Shown: positions 23,486 to 37,651, counted from the first letter of the whole stretch. The stretch is 59,173 nt of DNA, filler included, from Circinaria calcarea (GCA_051942165.1; 11 parts of 11 records of this genome joined end to end with filler, not necessarily neighbours in it), one strand, 5' to 3'. Program-made: numbers and translations. Notes: generated by a model not told the origin, from the letters alone.

Positions 23486-24999
23486 ATGCATTCTACAACA
23501 GTGCCAGAATTACGTGATAGACCAAGCCAGCCCTTGTCACGTCGACCTTCGTCTATACCCACATGTCATGTGCATGAACATCATGGAGTACGAGCTCTTG
23601 ATGATCAGGAGCTGCTAAGATGGGGTGGAAACCGTCGCAGACGCTACATCAACTTAGAGGACGGTGATACCATCCAATCGACCCCTGAGCTGTTACCGGT
23701 AGATCGTGGAGCGGCAGCATGGAACGTACTCTTTGCAGCCTTTATATTCGAAGCCTTACTATGGGGTATGTCCGGTTGCTTAACACGGCTTGGAACGCGG
23801 TGATTCTGATAAACTTTCTATCAACAGGGTTTCCGCTTTCCTACGGCGTTTTCCAAAACTACTACTTCAATCATCCTTTGTTCCGGGGTGACAAAAACCT
23901 CCCACTGGTCGGCACCCTGGCAACCGGTCTCATGTTTCTTGGCGGTCTATTCACTACACCTTTAGTGAAGAGATACCAGCGGTATCAGACATCTATGATC
24001 GCGGTCGGATGGCTGTTGTGTGTTTTGTCCCTGATTGCAGCTAGCTTTGCAACCACTACCGGAGCTCTCGTCCTCACACAAGGCGTTCTCTACGGCCTCG
24101 GGGAACTTATTCTTTACTATCCAGTCATTAGCATTATCAATGAGTGGTTTGTGGAAAGGAGAGGAACCGCTTACGGGATACAAAACTGCGCAACCGGCTT
24201 TAGTGGGATTGTCTTTCCTTTCGTACTTGAGATCCTTCTTAACAAATACGGATTTGCTACGACGTTGCGAGGCGTCTCGGTCTTCCTTGCAATTACAGCA
24301 GGATCATGTCTACCCCTCTTCAAGAGACGACTACCCTCTATCAAAGAACACAGCGAGATAGAGAAGACCAATTTGTCATTTTTCAAGAAGTCTATTTTCT
24401 ACTTCTATGCAGCATCTAATCTCTTCTATGGCGTGGGGTTCTACATTCCGCTCTTGTTCCTCCCATCATACGCTACCTCCATCGGCCTCAGTGGCAAGGC
24501 TGGAGCGCTGCTGCTGGCAGTCCTAAGTTTTGCTCAAGTGGTCGGCCAAGTCACGTTTGGATATCTCTCAGATGACCGGATTAACCTACACCTCTTGCTC
24601 TTCATCTCGCCATTCGTCACTGCCGTTGCTACCTTTACGCTATGGGGCTTCGCACATTCGCTCGCCGTTCTCATCATCTTTTCCATTGTATACGGGTTTT
24701 TCGCAGCAGCTTATGCCGCCCTTTGGGCCAGGATGTGCACAGAAGTAAGCGATAATACTTCTGCGGCCTTGGCTTCATACTCGGTTTTTAGCTTCGAAAA
24801 AGGCATTGGAAATGTGCTGAGTGGGCCAATCAGTGCCGCCTTAATTTCGCAAACCACCATCCTCGGCAGCTATGGGATTTTGAGGTACGAGAATTTGATC
24901 TTATTTACTGGCGGCTGTATGCTCCTTAGTTCTTCAACTATGGTAGCCTGGTACGTTAAACTGCGGCTGGCGAAGGCTCGACCGACTGGCTGTGATTAG
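23486..24999 (+). CDS. MFS transporter, monocarboxylate-porter (MCH-like) family; intron 23766-23827
   Basis: Motifs PVDRGAAAW..EALLWG/FPLSYGVFQNYY, EWFVERRGTAYG and FGYLSD, with about 12 hydrophobic segments. Confidence 0.9.
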
Positions 25000-25390
25000 T
25001 TGGGGAGCAGTACCTTTCGATCTTTGTAAGCTTCAATTGTGGAATAAGAGGGTCTGTTGCTGCATTCAATAGTGTAAGTCGAAAAGATAATACTTCATAA
25101 TGGGAATCAACGCAATGTGTAGCGACTGTGGCTCCTTCTTGAGGTAGTGTGTTGACTACCCTTTCGCTTATTCTTAACGGGCTTAATCTCGTTCACCTTG
25201 AGAAAACATCAGCTTTGGATACAATATCCACTGCCATGTACTTACTGTAGCTTCTGTTATTGCAACTAGAGAATTTGTTGCTGCAATTCACGAGTATTCA
25301 CGATCGTTCCACTGCAAGCTTAGAAACTGTGTACCATGCATCTTACAACCCATTCACCACAAATCATCGAACTGCTACTAGCACTTTAGT

Positions 25391-26879
25391 ATGGCCGATG
25401 CTCCTTGCGCATCGGCTACGGCCAATCTTGCAGCGGATCACGTAATATCCGGTAGAATCGAGGAAGCACGAGAAGAGTATCCCACTCGGCTACCTCCTTT
25501 CATCCAGCGTCAAATCGCCTGCGCACCTGGCCGTCGTCTCGCTGTCTTTCGCGCTACCGAATCTAGCGGTCCTCCCAAAACAGACCGCGTCAAGAAAGTT
25601 GATCTGGTCTGCCGTTCTTGGGACAATAATCATAAGTTCTGGACATATCATAATGGCGACGATCACTGCATTGTCAAGGGCTTCGCTGGAGAATACGAGG
25701 AATGGATCACCTTTCACGTTTGGCACGACAGGGAAGAAGGTTTTGGCAAACGTCGAGTCGCATACTTGAAACGCAACGAGGTGACTGTTCCTTTCATTTT
25801 TGATACAAGTCAAGAGCTCCCAGCTTTCTCCACTTCTGGATACGATGACGGACATGATGACAGCATGCTATGTGCCGATCAGCCCAGGAACTTTTCTGGG
25901 AACACTAGGATCGAAGACCTCGATGGTTCGGAAACAGCGCTCCCATCCTGGCTACGGGGTCAAGATGCAAGAGAGATTTGGGAACACCCTTCGAAGGTCT
26001 CTACTGCTATCGGTTCGGGATGTACCACATGCGTTCACCTTCAACAACAATGTATTATAGCTCCAGGTCACGATAGTTGTGCGTACTGCAGCGCCAAAGG
26101 GGCTGGATATGTCCTTCGTTGTAGTCTCAATCCTAGAAGATTCAGTAATACTCGGTCAAGGATATCTAGAAAGTGTGTCACGCTCTCCCCTTATTCTCTT
26201 TTTATCCTTTATCTGACCTCCGAATCTGATTTAGGAAGGAAACACCAGTCGACAAAATTATCAACAAGCCGCTCAAACGCGGCCGAAACTCTTCAACACC
26301 CGATCTTGTAGCGGAGCCGGTACGCAAGCCTCGTCATCTCCAACGGGGTACCCGGCGTCAATCTTCTTCTTCTTCTTCTTCCTCTTCATCGCCCTCGCCG
26401 TCGCTCTCCTCCACGTCACCACTAATGGATGTATCATTCAATAATCCGTTTCCCAACCTCCGGCGATCCACAAATCCTGAACACCAGTTGTCGGTCCCAG
26501 CCCAAGCACCGGAGCCCTCAGTCCCGCCCCCAACACCCCAGAACGCACCCATGCCACTTCCCACTGCCCCTCCCTCTCCCAATCAAGCCCATTCTCTCGC
26601 CCCCCACATCCTCGCCAACACCACAGTCCACATCTCCCTCAGCACAAACTCCTACGGCGCCGTCCCGCTCCTCCTACGCGACTGCGTCACCCTCGACGCC
26701 TTCTTCGACGTTATCGTGGCCGCGTGGGAGATTTCGGAAAAAGATATCGCGGCTGTGGTGGTGAGTTTCGATTGGTTGGAAGGGGAAGGAGAAGGGGAAG
26801 AAGGCGGAAAGGGGAGGCCGATGGTGCTGAGGAGGAGTGTTCCGGGGTGTTGGGCTGTGTTTTTAAGAGTGGTGGGGGA
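25391..26879 (+). CDS. Hypothetical protein with an internal Zn(II)2Cys6-like motif; intron 26173-26234; 3'-truncated
   Basis: CTTCVHLQQQCIIAPGHDSCAYCSAKGAGYVLRC (Cx2Cx6Cx8Cx2Cx10C). A GT-AG intron joins ORF 25391 to the frame of ORF 26425. Confidence 0.65.
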
Positions 26880-26979
26880 NNNNNNNNNNNNNNNNNNNNN
26901 NNNNNNNNNNNNNNNNNNNNNNNTTAATTAATTAANNNNNNNNNNNNNNNNNNNNNNNNNNNNNNNNNNNNNNNNNNNN
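26880..26979. other. Artificial contig spacer 5
   Basis: N44-TTAATTAATTAA-N44. Confidence 0.99.
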
Positions 26980-27248
26980 CGTGTTCGCCAGTATGAGACG
27001 GACCCTATCCAGCATACCTGACTGATAGAGCGCTTGACAGAACCAGTGACCACAATCTTGGGCATTGTTTGGTTGACTACACCACGCCATTACCATTGAC
27101 CTTGCGCGCTTCACCTACTCCGCGATTGTGACAGCGCAGATGCGCCCCGCGACCAAGGACAGTTGGACTTGGGCGAACGGTGGGTGAAGCAGATACGAGT
27201 TGAAAATTTTCAATGATCAGATGGGTGTGATCGTTGAGGGCACTTGAG

Positions 27249-30200
27249 ATGGAAGGAACAGGCCCCGAGGCAGTGAAGCGCCCCCGTCTGGACTCATACA
27301 GCACTCGAATACAGCAGCAAGCGCCTGAAGCGTCCTCGCACAACTACCCGGGTCCCGCGCTACCGCCGCCTTCTGCGTACAACCAACATCTTCCGCTATC
27401 ACCGTACCACGATCCCGTGAGTGAGCACCGGAGCCTACCAGAGCCACCTCACCACGTCAATTTTACGCAACCTCATTCCGGATATACAACGCCCATCCGG
27501 GACATTCGATCCTTTCCGGCCGAACCGAATTATTCCAGGAACGGAAGCGCCTCAGCTCCTACACGATCTCCCGATGATATCCAACAGCTAGCCCAACTTC
27601 GCCCGTTGAACACCTCGTCAGCAAATGAGGGTTATCACTACCCACCACACTCCCACCCAGAGACAACAAGAGGCCCTTCCGGGTATATCACGCACGATGG
27701 GGTACCTAATGGCACCTTACACAGTCTGGCGATGACAAATCATAACGAACCCGTCTCTGCTCCTCCCTTTCAAGGACCCCCTGGAAGTATCCCGAACACA
27801 CCCATGGGAAACGGCACGTCCATTCATGGCAACGGAGGGCAATTCAATCCCCCGCAGATAACGACCTGGATGCCGCGTCCTGCAAGGAAGCATACACGAG
27901 CCTTTCAGGTACCTGTTCCGTCATCCCGAGTCGAGAAGTCGCTAACATTAGCTTTCGAAGGCATGTGACACGTGCCGTACGAGAAAGGCCAAATGTGATG
28001 AGGGAAAGCCAGTTTGCGGATACTGCCAAGAGAACGGTCTTTCGTGCAATTACAAGGAAGTGGCGCCGGCGAAGTAAGCACATTTCCTTCTTATGGCTTA
28101 TGTGTATTAAGATGACGCAGGGCCGATCGTGCTCAAAAGGAAATCATGGATCGGCTGAAGGCGTCCGAGGAAAAAATCGATAGGCTGCAAGCCACGCTGG
28201 ATAGATTCATCGCTACTGGTCATGGCCTACGGTCCCTCGAGTACGAGCCCAAGGACCGAGAACCTGATCTTATGAGTATCCCACAACATGTTGATTCGAG
28301 AAGCCCCGAGAGAAAGCCCGGCAGGGACTCCGATGGCACGTCTCGTCAGAGTTCTACAGAGTTTGAGCAGGAGCAACACATCGGCCGACAGGTGACTGCA
28401 CTGCCTAGTCCTCCGGTTCGAATCCCTCTAGAATTATCTTTTAGCATCGTCGAAATCGACCATACAACAGCTGCCCATAAGTTGTTACGATGGCCGTCCA
28501 TCAGAAATCTGCTAAGGCAACGTCCCGTCAATGAAGATTATGTGATGCAGTTTGAGGAAAAGAAGGGGTTGCTTCGGATTTATGGCCGAGGTCAAGGAAA
28601 TGAATCACTCGATGAAATCCAGACCCTTCCATCCAGCCCTGCGACAAGTTCATCTAGCGGTAGAAGCGATGAAATCATCCGATATCAAGCTTCATTGCCA
28701 CACGGTCTTTGGGGCACAGGAGTGTTTGCCCCGCCAACTCCGCCGGATGCCAAAACTTGGGGAAAGGAGCATCCCGGTGGCCTTGATGCGAACGGATCCC
28801 TCAAAATGGATAATCAAACCATGTATCGTCTACACCAGAGTTATTTGAACAACATTCATATCATGCACCCTTTTCTTGATAAGAAGATGCTATCGAGGTT
28901 GTTTGAAAGGTTTATGCGGTCGAAGTCATCATCGGCCCCAAGCAATAGGGCGTCCCCTTTCATTTCGCATGGTCACGTTGCGGACACCTTCCGAGATTCG
29001 CCAACCGGCTTGACGTCCGCTAACAAGCGCAAATTCTCCGGCGGGCCCAGTATTGGATCCCCAAGTGACGCTGGCACTGGCGCAAATCAACCATTAGAAC
29101 GCTGCATTTCGACCGCTATTGTCCTACTTGTCATGGCTTTAGGAAAGATCTCTGAGCATACAGAACCGCTGCCAGGACCCGTACCCGACAACCCGAAACA
29201 GACGCCCATGAACGCTCCACGGTCGTACTCCCCTCTCAGTCACGAGTCGCCTCCCTCCGTTAAACCCTCACCTGCCTCCTCATCAACATCTGCATATACC
29301 GCCAGATCGCCTATGAGTGATGTTCGTGGCCATCCTTGGAGCCGTGGACCGTCAGAAGAGCATTCGTCGTCCCAAAATGCCCCAAGGCCTGATAAGAATG
29401 TTGATGTAATTCCGGGCCTCGCCTACTTTGCACACGCCACAGACATTCTGGGGAATCAGCATGGAGGTCATGACCTTTTGCATGTTCAAGCGAATCTACT
29501 CGCAGGCCTTTATATGGGGCAGTTAGCATGCACCTTTGAAAGCTTAAGTTGGATAAGATCAGCATGCCTTATCTGTCATCACATCGTTCGAGAGTGAGTT
29601 CTACCGTCCTCGAGTTCAATCCGTAACTAATTGTAAAAACGAAAGTCCTACACTGAAAGGGGAGCGTGATGAAGCTCGAAAGGACTCGATCCGATTTGCT
29701 TATTATACCTGTCTGCAACTTGAAAGGTTAGTCACATGTGCAATCATTGCAACTGCTCCATAGCTGAACCATGGATAGTGATCTTTTAGCGGAGCTTGAT
29801 CTGCGGAGCACCCGTATTGATAGGGCAGAACATCAGGATTTCGTGGCGTACCCTAAAGGTGTCACGGAGGATGTGACGGATCTTGGGAACTTGAACGATC
29901 CAGGAGCTAAAGTATTGGCCTACTACTCATCTCAGATCTATCTTCGCAGGATGCTGAATAAGATCCAATTGGCTCTCTACCCCACCGGCGGTAGGTCTAG
30001 GATTATACTGCTTGTTACCCTTGTCACCCTCTAGGCGTCGGCTAATTCACATTAGCCAACCATAGCAGGATACCACTGTCCATTCGGGACGAATGTGAAG
30101 AAATGCTCACAAATTGGAGACGGGTATTGCCTCCTGAAATGCGATGGGCCGATGGCGATGACCCGTCAGAAGACATCAACGAAGCACGCCTTCGCGCCAA

Positions 30201-30826
30201 GTATTACGGTGCTCTGTATATCATCCATCGCCCATTTCTTCACTACGCCCTGCACTCACCGGATTTCGTAAACGCCTCTGATATGGCGGAAGGCGCAGCA
30301 GACAGCCTGAAACGAACGGAAAGAGAACAGGGAGCAATGCCCCCACCAGCGCTAACCGCCCACGATCGAGCAGAGATTATGCGATCTGCTGCACTATGTG
30401 TGGAAGCTGCCTCACACAGTACGGTGGCCTTTGACGGCATCTTCTCGAAACGGCGACTGATAGTGACAAACATATTCGGCACCGCACATGCGTACGTTCT
30501 CCTCTGTCATTTTTGCTGTTCCTTAATATCATTTTTACTGGGAGCATATGATACATTTGGGTGATCAGAGATACTGATCTCATATTGCATCTACCAGACA
30601 ATTCGGCAACATGCTAGTCCTCGCTGCCACTCGTCTTTCCCACCTGTCGAAGCTGGTGGAGAAATATAACATCGTCAGCCTGTTAGAGCGTACTATCAAA
30701 TTTCTCCGGCAGCTAAAGTATATCTCGGGTACTTTATGGGAAGATGCCCGGATCCTAGAGTGTGTAGTACAAGTTGTTCGTAATGAGGGCAAGCTATCGT
30801 CATCATTCTCATCGTCCACCGGGTGA
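27249..30826 (+). CDS. Zn(II)2Cys6 fungal transcription factor with middle homology region (multi-exon)
   Basis: RAFQ/ACDTCRTRKAKCDEGKPVCGYCQENGLSCNY zinc cluster; HTTAAHKLLRWPSI, IHIMHPFL, ARLRAKYYGALYIIHRPFL and VTNIFGTAHA motifs. Confidence 0.92.
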
Positions 30827-31759
30827 ATGTCCCGTCGCTTCATATGGGATCACAATCTATGATCTCCATTTGTCGAACTTACAGTCGACGTGGATCTTCA
30901 AAACATATTTCAACAAAAAGACCACCTGCAGTTTCCTTATTCTCGCACAGTTTAGGTAATGGCAGGTCATTATTACCGACATGAGATTCGCGCGAGCCCA
31001 ACTTCCTCAGCACTTGTCAGACACGCCGGGACGTCCTACAACACCGCCTCGTCATATCTTCCACTCGTCGAACATCCCGACCCTCACATCACCCCTTTAG
31101 CTCTATTTTCATATCAATCTAGAGCAGGTAGGTATCCTTCTATGCATTTCGTGCGTTGGGTCGGCTGTCGTCCTTCACATTTGCACTATACCAGTTTTCC
31201 TATTGTCATATGGAGGGTGGGATTCTATTTACTGCGGATCGGGTTTAACCAACTTCACGGCACTTTTTGGTATTTTCGGGGTGGGCATTTGGTTACACTA
31301 TGTACAGTCCTTTCGACAAATGTTTTCTTTGGTACAATGTTTGCTCTTTGCGTCTGATATCGAAGTCAATGTCATCAATCCTTACCTGGACGTCACTTTT
31401 TTCTGAATACGGTTGGGGGTAGTTTTGGTTTCCTGGGGCAAATGCGGGGTGGATCTTTCATCGAGCAAGTGAACTACAATTTGTGGTAAAGGTGTGAATG
31501 GAGAGGGAAGCTGCGGGTGTAAATAGTGTCATGCAGCTGTGTTGGATTAGCCCCTACGAAAAAGAGACATGAACGAGCGAGCGTGAAATGTTTGCATTTG
31601 CAGTGACATTTTCCCCTTTCTCTCCCGGTAGTTGGCGGAATCTCTACTGATCGTCACCAAAATATGGTCAGCCTCGGCTTGGATTTCAATGAATTCAGGC
31701 ACAGGGAGGTACCCTTTGTCGGGGACACGGTAGGATAGCGTTTTCCTTTGTTCTAGTAA

Positions 31760-31908
31760 ATGTTGGTTTGGTTTGGTTTGCTCTGGTCTGGTCTGGCGCA
31801 CACACACGCACACACACACATCTCCAAAGCTAGCAAAACGAACCAAGTGCCTCCCTACCTACCAACCAACCAACCATTACCCTTTTCCTCCCTCCTCTTC
31901 CTTTTTTC

Positions 31909-31943
<35 letters not shown>

Positions 31944-32268
31944 CCAATTTAAGACTTGCGGGTTCAGGGGCACCCCCTCGGACTGGATAGTAATCTCATT
32001 CTCTACCGATCGGCCCGGTCTTTCATTTTTTTCAGAGGTTCACAGTTTTCCTCTCTTTTCTGATTTCTATTTTGGGTCTTTCCCCGTTCCTAAAGGGTTC
32101 GTTCCGGTACGGGCGGGAGTTGGTTGGAGCTGGATGTGGGCATCCTCGATAACTAATGCGTTTAGGCCACCCCCCATCCGAAGGAGCCCTGTCTTCATCA
32201 GAGCCCTTTTGCCATTTTTCCCCCTCGGGATCCCCTTTGTGGGGGGGGGGGGGGGGGGGGGGGTTTGT
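31760..32268. repeat. Simple-repeat cluster: (TTTGG)n, (CA)n, (CCAA)n, (CT)n and a poly-G run at the contig end
   Basis: Read directly from the sequence. Confidence 0.85.
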
Positions 32269-32368
32269 NNNNNNNNNNNNNNNNNNNNNNNNNNNNNNNN
32301 NNNNNNNNNNNNTTAATTAATTAANNNNNNNNNNNNNNNNNNNNNNNNNNNNNNNNNNNNNNNNNNNN
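32269..32368. other. Artificial contig spacer 6
   Basis: N44-TTAATTAATTAA-N44. Confidence 0.99.
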
Positions 32369-33024
32369 TGGGAAGTTGGCAAGGGCGTGGGCAGACGAGA
32401 GGGTTAGGGTTGCAAGGGAAGCTTTACAGGAATGGATTAGGAAAGGAAGGTGAACGCGATAAGGGCTGGATGATGGTAACAGACGGAGGGCCGTGATGGG
32501 GGTTTCTCGCTCGGCTTCATATCCATACGTCCTTCGGAGAAAACCCATCGAAGTCGTCTGCTACCAGTTGTAAGATTGAAAAAGAGACGATTGGAATCCA
32601 ACATAAACGGATGAATTAGGGGGGTCAATATACCCGAGAGTCTGAACTATACACTTCGCAGGCTCCGCAGGCTCTTTCAGTCAGTCCAGCTAACCCAAGT
32701 AAGCCATTAGTACCTATGTTCAATCACCAATACCACTTTGATGGCAGATGTAGCAGGTAACTTCGCGTCCAACTATCGATTCTTAGCAGTTTAGCGCCTC
32801 AGACACTGTGGTTGCTTATTGACTTTCGAAACCGTCCTCTGCTAAACAGCTCTCTGTGATTCACAAGAGTTGAGTATCAAATCCGCTGTATTCCCGAACG
32901 TCTCCATGGAGGATGGCTCCTTTCCTTATGGACGAATCAGTTGAAGTGGTCAATGACCAAAATCAGTTGGAATCAATTAGGTTACTATAGGTGACCGATG
33001 AAGGTCATCCTTTGTATGTAGTTT

Positions 33025-34380
33025 ATTCCCTCGATACCTCGGTACAAGGCTGAGGGCTCCCTTTCTCTCCCAAGCTCGCACGATTGGGGGTTTGCTAACT
33101 GGAACTTTTTTCTTCCTTACAATACCTTCATCGAACCGTTGTTCTCTGACAGTGCCTTCTCATACCTGTCCGGAATTTCACATACTCATCTTTGATAAAG
33201 TAAACCCCACAACCAGCAACGACAAGCGCACATGCTCTCCAAGCTGTGCACTTGATCAATGTAGGGAAGGTCCCGTACCATGCGGCTGCATGCAAGCCAC
33301 CGTAAACCGTGCTTAGCAACCCGACGGCGATTATTGGTTTTGTGCCCAGGAACGTAATCCTGTCCCGTCGTAACTATATCAATTGGGGATGTACTCCGCA
33401 ACAGTGTTCTCTGCCATTGTGTTTCCCTCTTGACTACTGTAAGAGTCTCCTAGATGCGACTCGACAGCTCTGAATGTCAGAAGCTGCCGTGCGGCAGGAT
33501 ATTTGTTTTGAGGGCAATTGGAAATTCCCTTAACAGCACTATTTGAGCATATGAGAGCGCAGAGTGGCCGGAACCAGGTACGAGTCAACAGTAAGAGGTC
33601 ATAGATGTCAAGTGGCTTGTGTCACCAGAGTCCATAAATGGAAACGGCACAAATAACATGACCCAGTGTGTTCACGTCAAGTAATGTTACAGGCAGATGA
33701 CCTGCAACACGCACGGTGCACTGATTCACTAGCCAGCCAGCTTAAATGCATACTAGGTCCTTCGTAAGATTATCCGCCTTGCCCCGATGTTGAAGCGAGT
33801 CGTTGTATATATCAGGGATATACCAAGCCTAGCGAGGAGAAGAATGCCTTCTACTGTCAGTATGACCTGTGGTGAACCAGGGATGTATTCTGCGTCCTCA
33901 GAATCGAAAGTATCCACAAAAACTATGAACCATGGTCCATTGGAATCGTTGAATCGGGTTAATCTTTGTCTGAGCTTTCTATACAAAGAGGTCAGCCATA
34001 CAGGTAACTAAAGATTAAAAGACAGGGCACTTTACAGCACTAAGAATCCTCTCTAATTCTGTTATTAAAGTTTTTGTGGTGTACTACTGCGCCCATGCAA
34101 CGTAGACCACCAATTCCGGGGTAACAATGCCCAATGAACTGATTTCATCTTTTCTCGAATCCTTTGCATTGCTGGTTCGTATGGTCTACGTACATTAAGA
34201 TGGACAGCTTTCCATACGTACAGCGTCAAGATGACAAGACAGCTCAAAATTCAAAGGTCCCTCTTCCATTGGATTCACTCCGCCAATGGACTGTTTCCGT
34301 GCCAGCGGAAAGGGAGATAGATCTAGCCAGACTCACTCTGACCGTGAAGAGCAAAGCTAGAAGGGAACAGAGCAACATTG
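33025..34380 (-). pseudogene. Heavily degenerate member of a widespread fungal multi-pass membrane protein family
   Basis: Relic motifs in broken frames: PNGRGT..SCLVILTLYVWKAVHLNV, LTVEGILLLARLG and VYGGLHAAAWYGTFPT..AWRAC. Boundaries are approximate. Confidence 0.6.
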
Positions 34381-34679
34381 GAATAGACTGGACTCAAATG
34401 GGCTTGATAAACCGTAATCAAAGAAAAGCAAAGGATGCGATCTTGACGGGAAATAAGGAAGTTCGTTCCTGCAGCCTTGTTACTTTATGGAATTACACAA
34501 TAGTAGCAATAGGATACTGAGATTATTACTGTGTGCCATATAGAATGGCTAGAGCTTATCCTTCATAGCATCTATTTTTCACACCTTACCATTTCAGGGA
34601 ATTAAATAAAAGTTACAAAAAAAAACAAAACCCAAAAAAATCCATTGACCTGGAGTTTAACCAGGATAATTTCCAGCCT

Positions 34680-34786
34680 TGGCGGCACCCGGAATCGAAC
34701 CGGGATCGGAACGGACAAGTACGATTAACCATACGACGCATGGCGGGAAACCACAACGTTACGTGCTACCATTACACCATGCCACC
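34680..34786 (-). tRNA. tRNA-His(GTG) with a 36-nt intron
   Basis: Acceptor stem GGTGGCA/TGCCGCC, D arm GTGT-AATGGTA-GCAC, anticodon loop TT-GTG-G followed by the intron, T arm CCCGG-TTCGATT-CCGGG, and a downstream T runs terminator. Confidence 0.92.
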
Positions 34787-35280
34787 TATTGAATGGGAGC
34801 ACATCCCTTATAATTATATATAACAATATAAAACAGACTCAACCCCCTCGACCAGGATAGTACTTATCCCAGACAGTTTACAAGTAATAAGGGACTCCGG
34901 GCCAGAACTAGAGAGCGACATTGATCTGGGCTCCTTGTCCTCGTATTTGAGAGTATAGCCTCTTCCTCTTTCTTCCTTTATTTACGGGCGAGCTGAGGTG
35001 AGGCATTTAATAATCACATGAGCTACTCGAAATGGCGGTTATCTTCATGCTACCTTTTGTTAAAGTCTCACACTTTAGCCCCCTACAAAACCCAATTTGC
35101 GTATATACCCTTATAAATATCGTCTTCAGCTTCCAACGAACCCAATGTTGGAAGTCTCCAAGCACCGTTGCCTAAATGTATGAACAATGCCTCTGTATGG
35201 ATTTCAACTGTTCAACCCCCTGCGGTGAAAACAGGCGGTCATTTACGCAGTTTGCTGAAGATATGAAAATATCCCTTCAA

Positions 35281-36337
35281 TCAAATCCCGGCATCGACGG
35301 CTGGCACGTCAAGGTTCCAATCAATCTCCCCTCCATCACCGTACCTCTTCTTTAACCACACATTGGCTTTCTTGAAATGCCCGCAATCAAACTACATGTC
35401 CTGTCAGTTACTATTCACACGTATAAGATATCGTCAACGTACGAATCCGTTTGCGGCACTGAACGGACTAGGATGCACACTCTGCAGGATGTAATGCTTC
35501 GTACTATTTATCTTCTTGACTCTCTCCTTAGCCGACGCACCCCAAGCAAGAAAGACTATTCCATTCGTCCTGACTTTCGCAGCTGTATCGATGACCTTTT
35601 GCGTGAATTTCTCCCACCCATGCTTCGAGTGACTATTCGGCTCATGTGCCCTCACTGTCAGGCAGGTGTTGAGCATGAGAACACCTCGATCTGCCCAAGG
35701 TGTAAGCAGGCCACTATTGTTGGGCGGAGGTTTGAATTCTGGGTAGTCATTTTTGATGGCGGTGTATATGTTTTTAAGAGATGGAGGGGCAGGTGTGGGC
35801 GGCCGGACGGAAAAGCATAGGCCGTGTGCTTGATTGACGTTATGATATGGATCCTGACCGATGATGACAGCTTTGACGGTATTCAAGGGTGTATGCCGTG
35901 ACCTAGAAGATAATTAGTACGAATACTGTAACATCTGCAGCCTACTGCACAATGCCGCCGCTGCAAGAGCTAACTTACCAGGAGTAGACATCCTCCAGCG
36001 GCGGGAAGATCTTCTTCCCACTCTCCAGCTCTTTCTTCAAGAACCTCTTCAGTTCCAGGAATTCCTTACTCAGTACCTCGTCTTTCAGATGGACCAACCA
36101 ACTTTCATGCAGCGTATCTATCTCCAACTTGAGCAAGTCTTTTTGCTCATCCGTAAGCTTCGCAACCCATTGAGACTTGTCCCATTTGGCTAAAGCGGTT
36201 GGAGCAGCTGACGATGTTGATGATGTAGTTGAGACTGGTTTAGGCGTGCCAAAGAAAGACGTGATACTACCATCAGCTTTTGGTTTCTTGGCGCCACCTG
36301 CTGCGAGGTCGGCAGCTTTACGTTTAAGGGAAGCCAT
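35281..36337 (-). CDS. UNG1: Uracil-DNA glycosylase (3 exons)
   Basis: GQDPYH, AHGLCFSV, PPSLKNIY, GVLMLNTCLTV and HPSPFSA catalytic motifs; last exon FDCGHFKKAN..IDWNL. Confidence 0.96.
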
Positions 36338-37100
36338 TGCTACTCGACGAAGATTCAAATAAAAGATAGCCGTGATAGAATTGAGAGTCGGAGGAAGTCC
36401 TTTCGCAAATTGTAGCCAACTAGGAGTAATCTAAGTGATCCTTCAGCACCTCACGTGTACCATATAGGGGAACGCGACGCGTTTCCATTTACGTCATGTC
36501 GATACCGACAAGCCCTAGGCGCAACCAACCCAATCCAAAACCGAATAGATGCTTAAATTTGATATTGATCAATCGATGAATGTTCTACAATGTTTCTACC
36601 CTAAAACGGTGGCGAGAAGTTCCCAATGCTCAATACATGGTGTTGAAGTAGGGTCAAACTACCCGATTATACGATTGACCAGCGCGGAGGATGCGTCTAC
36701 CTCACGTCAAAGTATTCACCAGTTTTGGATCGAGGAAAAACCACTAAGAATAAGAGTGTAGCTAGATTATACCGTAGTTCTATTACTACTGTAGGTAGAT
36801 CGCTGTTAGATTCCTTTCCCCTATGTCGTTCCTCCCGCAAATTGCTAGGTAGCTCGAACCTATACTGAACCAAATGTCTAATTCCACTCGAGGAAAAGCC
36901 AGAAAGCTTCGAGACCATATCTTGAGGCGTCATCCGAAATCGTTTGTCGATATGGTGGCCAAGACCGCTTGGAGAAACAATGCTAGTAACTGGTCGATAC
37001 CCATGTTGGACCTTCCCTTGATCTTCCAATGCGTGAAGTATCATCACCAAGCCCATAGCGAACCAACTATAGACCAGGGTCCAAATCAACAGAATTGGAT

Positions 37101-37651
37101 CTACTTTTTCGCAGCTTTCTCCTGCAATTCTCTCATGGCTGCACGTGCGCTTCTACTACCCCCAAGCTTCGGTCCCCTTGGTCTATCGTCTACCTTGGCA
37201 CCTTTCGCAGCTTTTGCAGTTGTTGCGTGACCTGTTCGGTGGCGGCGTGATGATATGGCGTCCATGAATTCCTTTCTGAATTGTTCAGCTATACGATCGT
37301 CTGCTGCCTGATCGTCATTCGTTGCATCCGCCTCGGGTTCGTCGTAAATTTCCACTGTAAGATAATTAGGAAACGGTACAGGGGAGGATATCATCTGGAG
37401 ATTTACGTCTGCTTTCCCTCATTACCTCCTCAACTAGCTGATCTCTCTTGACATCCTGGCTATTCCTCCTTCTCCTGCCCCTCCAAGGTTTGCCATCCCT
37501 CCTCAAACGTATCTTCCCTGTCCCCTCTTCAATGTCATCGGGAGCGCCCTCTAACCTCCTTCTCGCTGCCTCGGTCATAGCGACATTCCTTAACTTAGCA
37601 TCTGGACCTAGATCGATCTCATGCAGCTTTCCAAGAGCCGCCGGCTGGCGA
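37101..37651 (-). CDS. Probable Tls1 / C9orf78 (HCA59-like) splicing-associated protein, 3' part
   Basis: RQPAALGKLHEIDLGPDAKLRNVAMTE...RRRRNSQDVKRDQLVEEVMRES/..AADDRIAEQFRKEF..GPKLGGSRSARAAMR, with one intron. Cut by the contig end. Confidence 0.6.
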
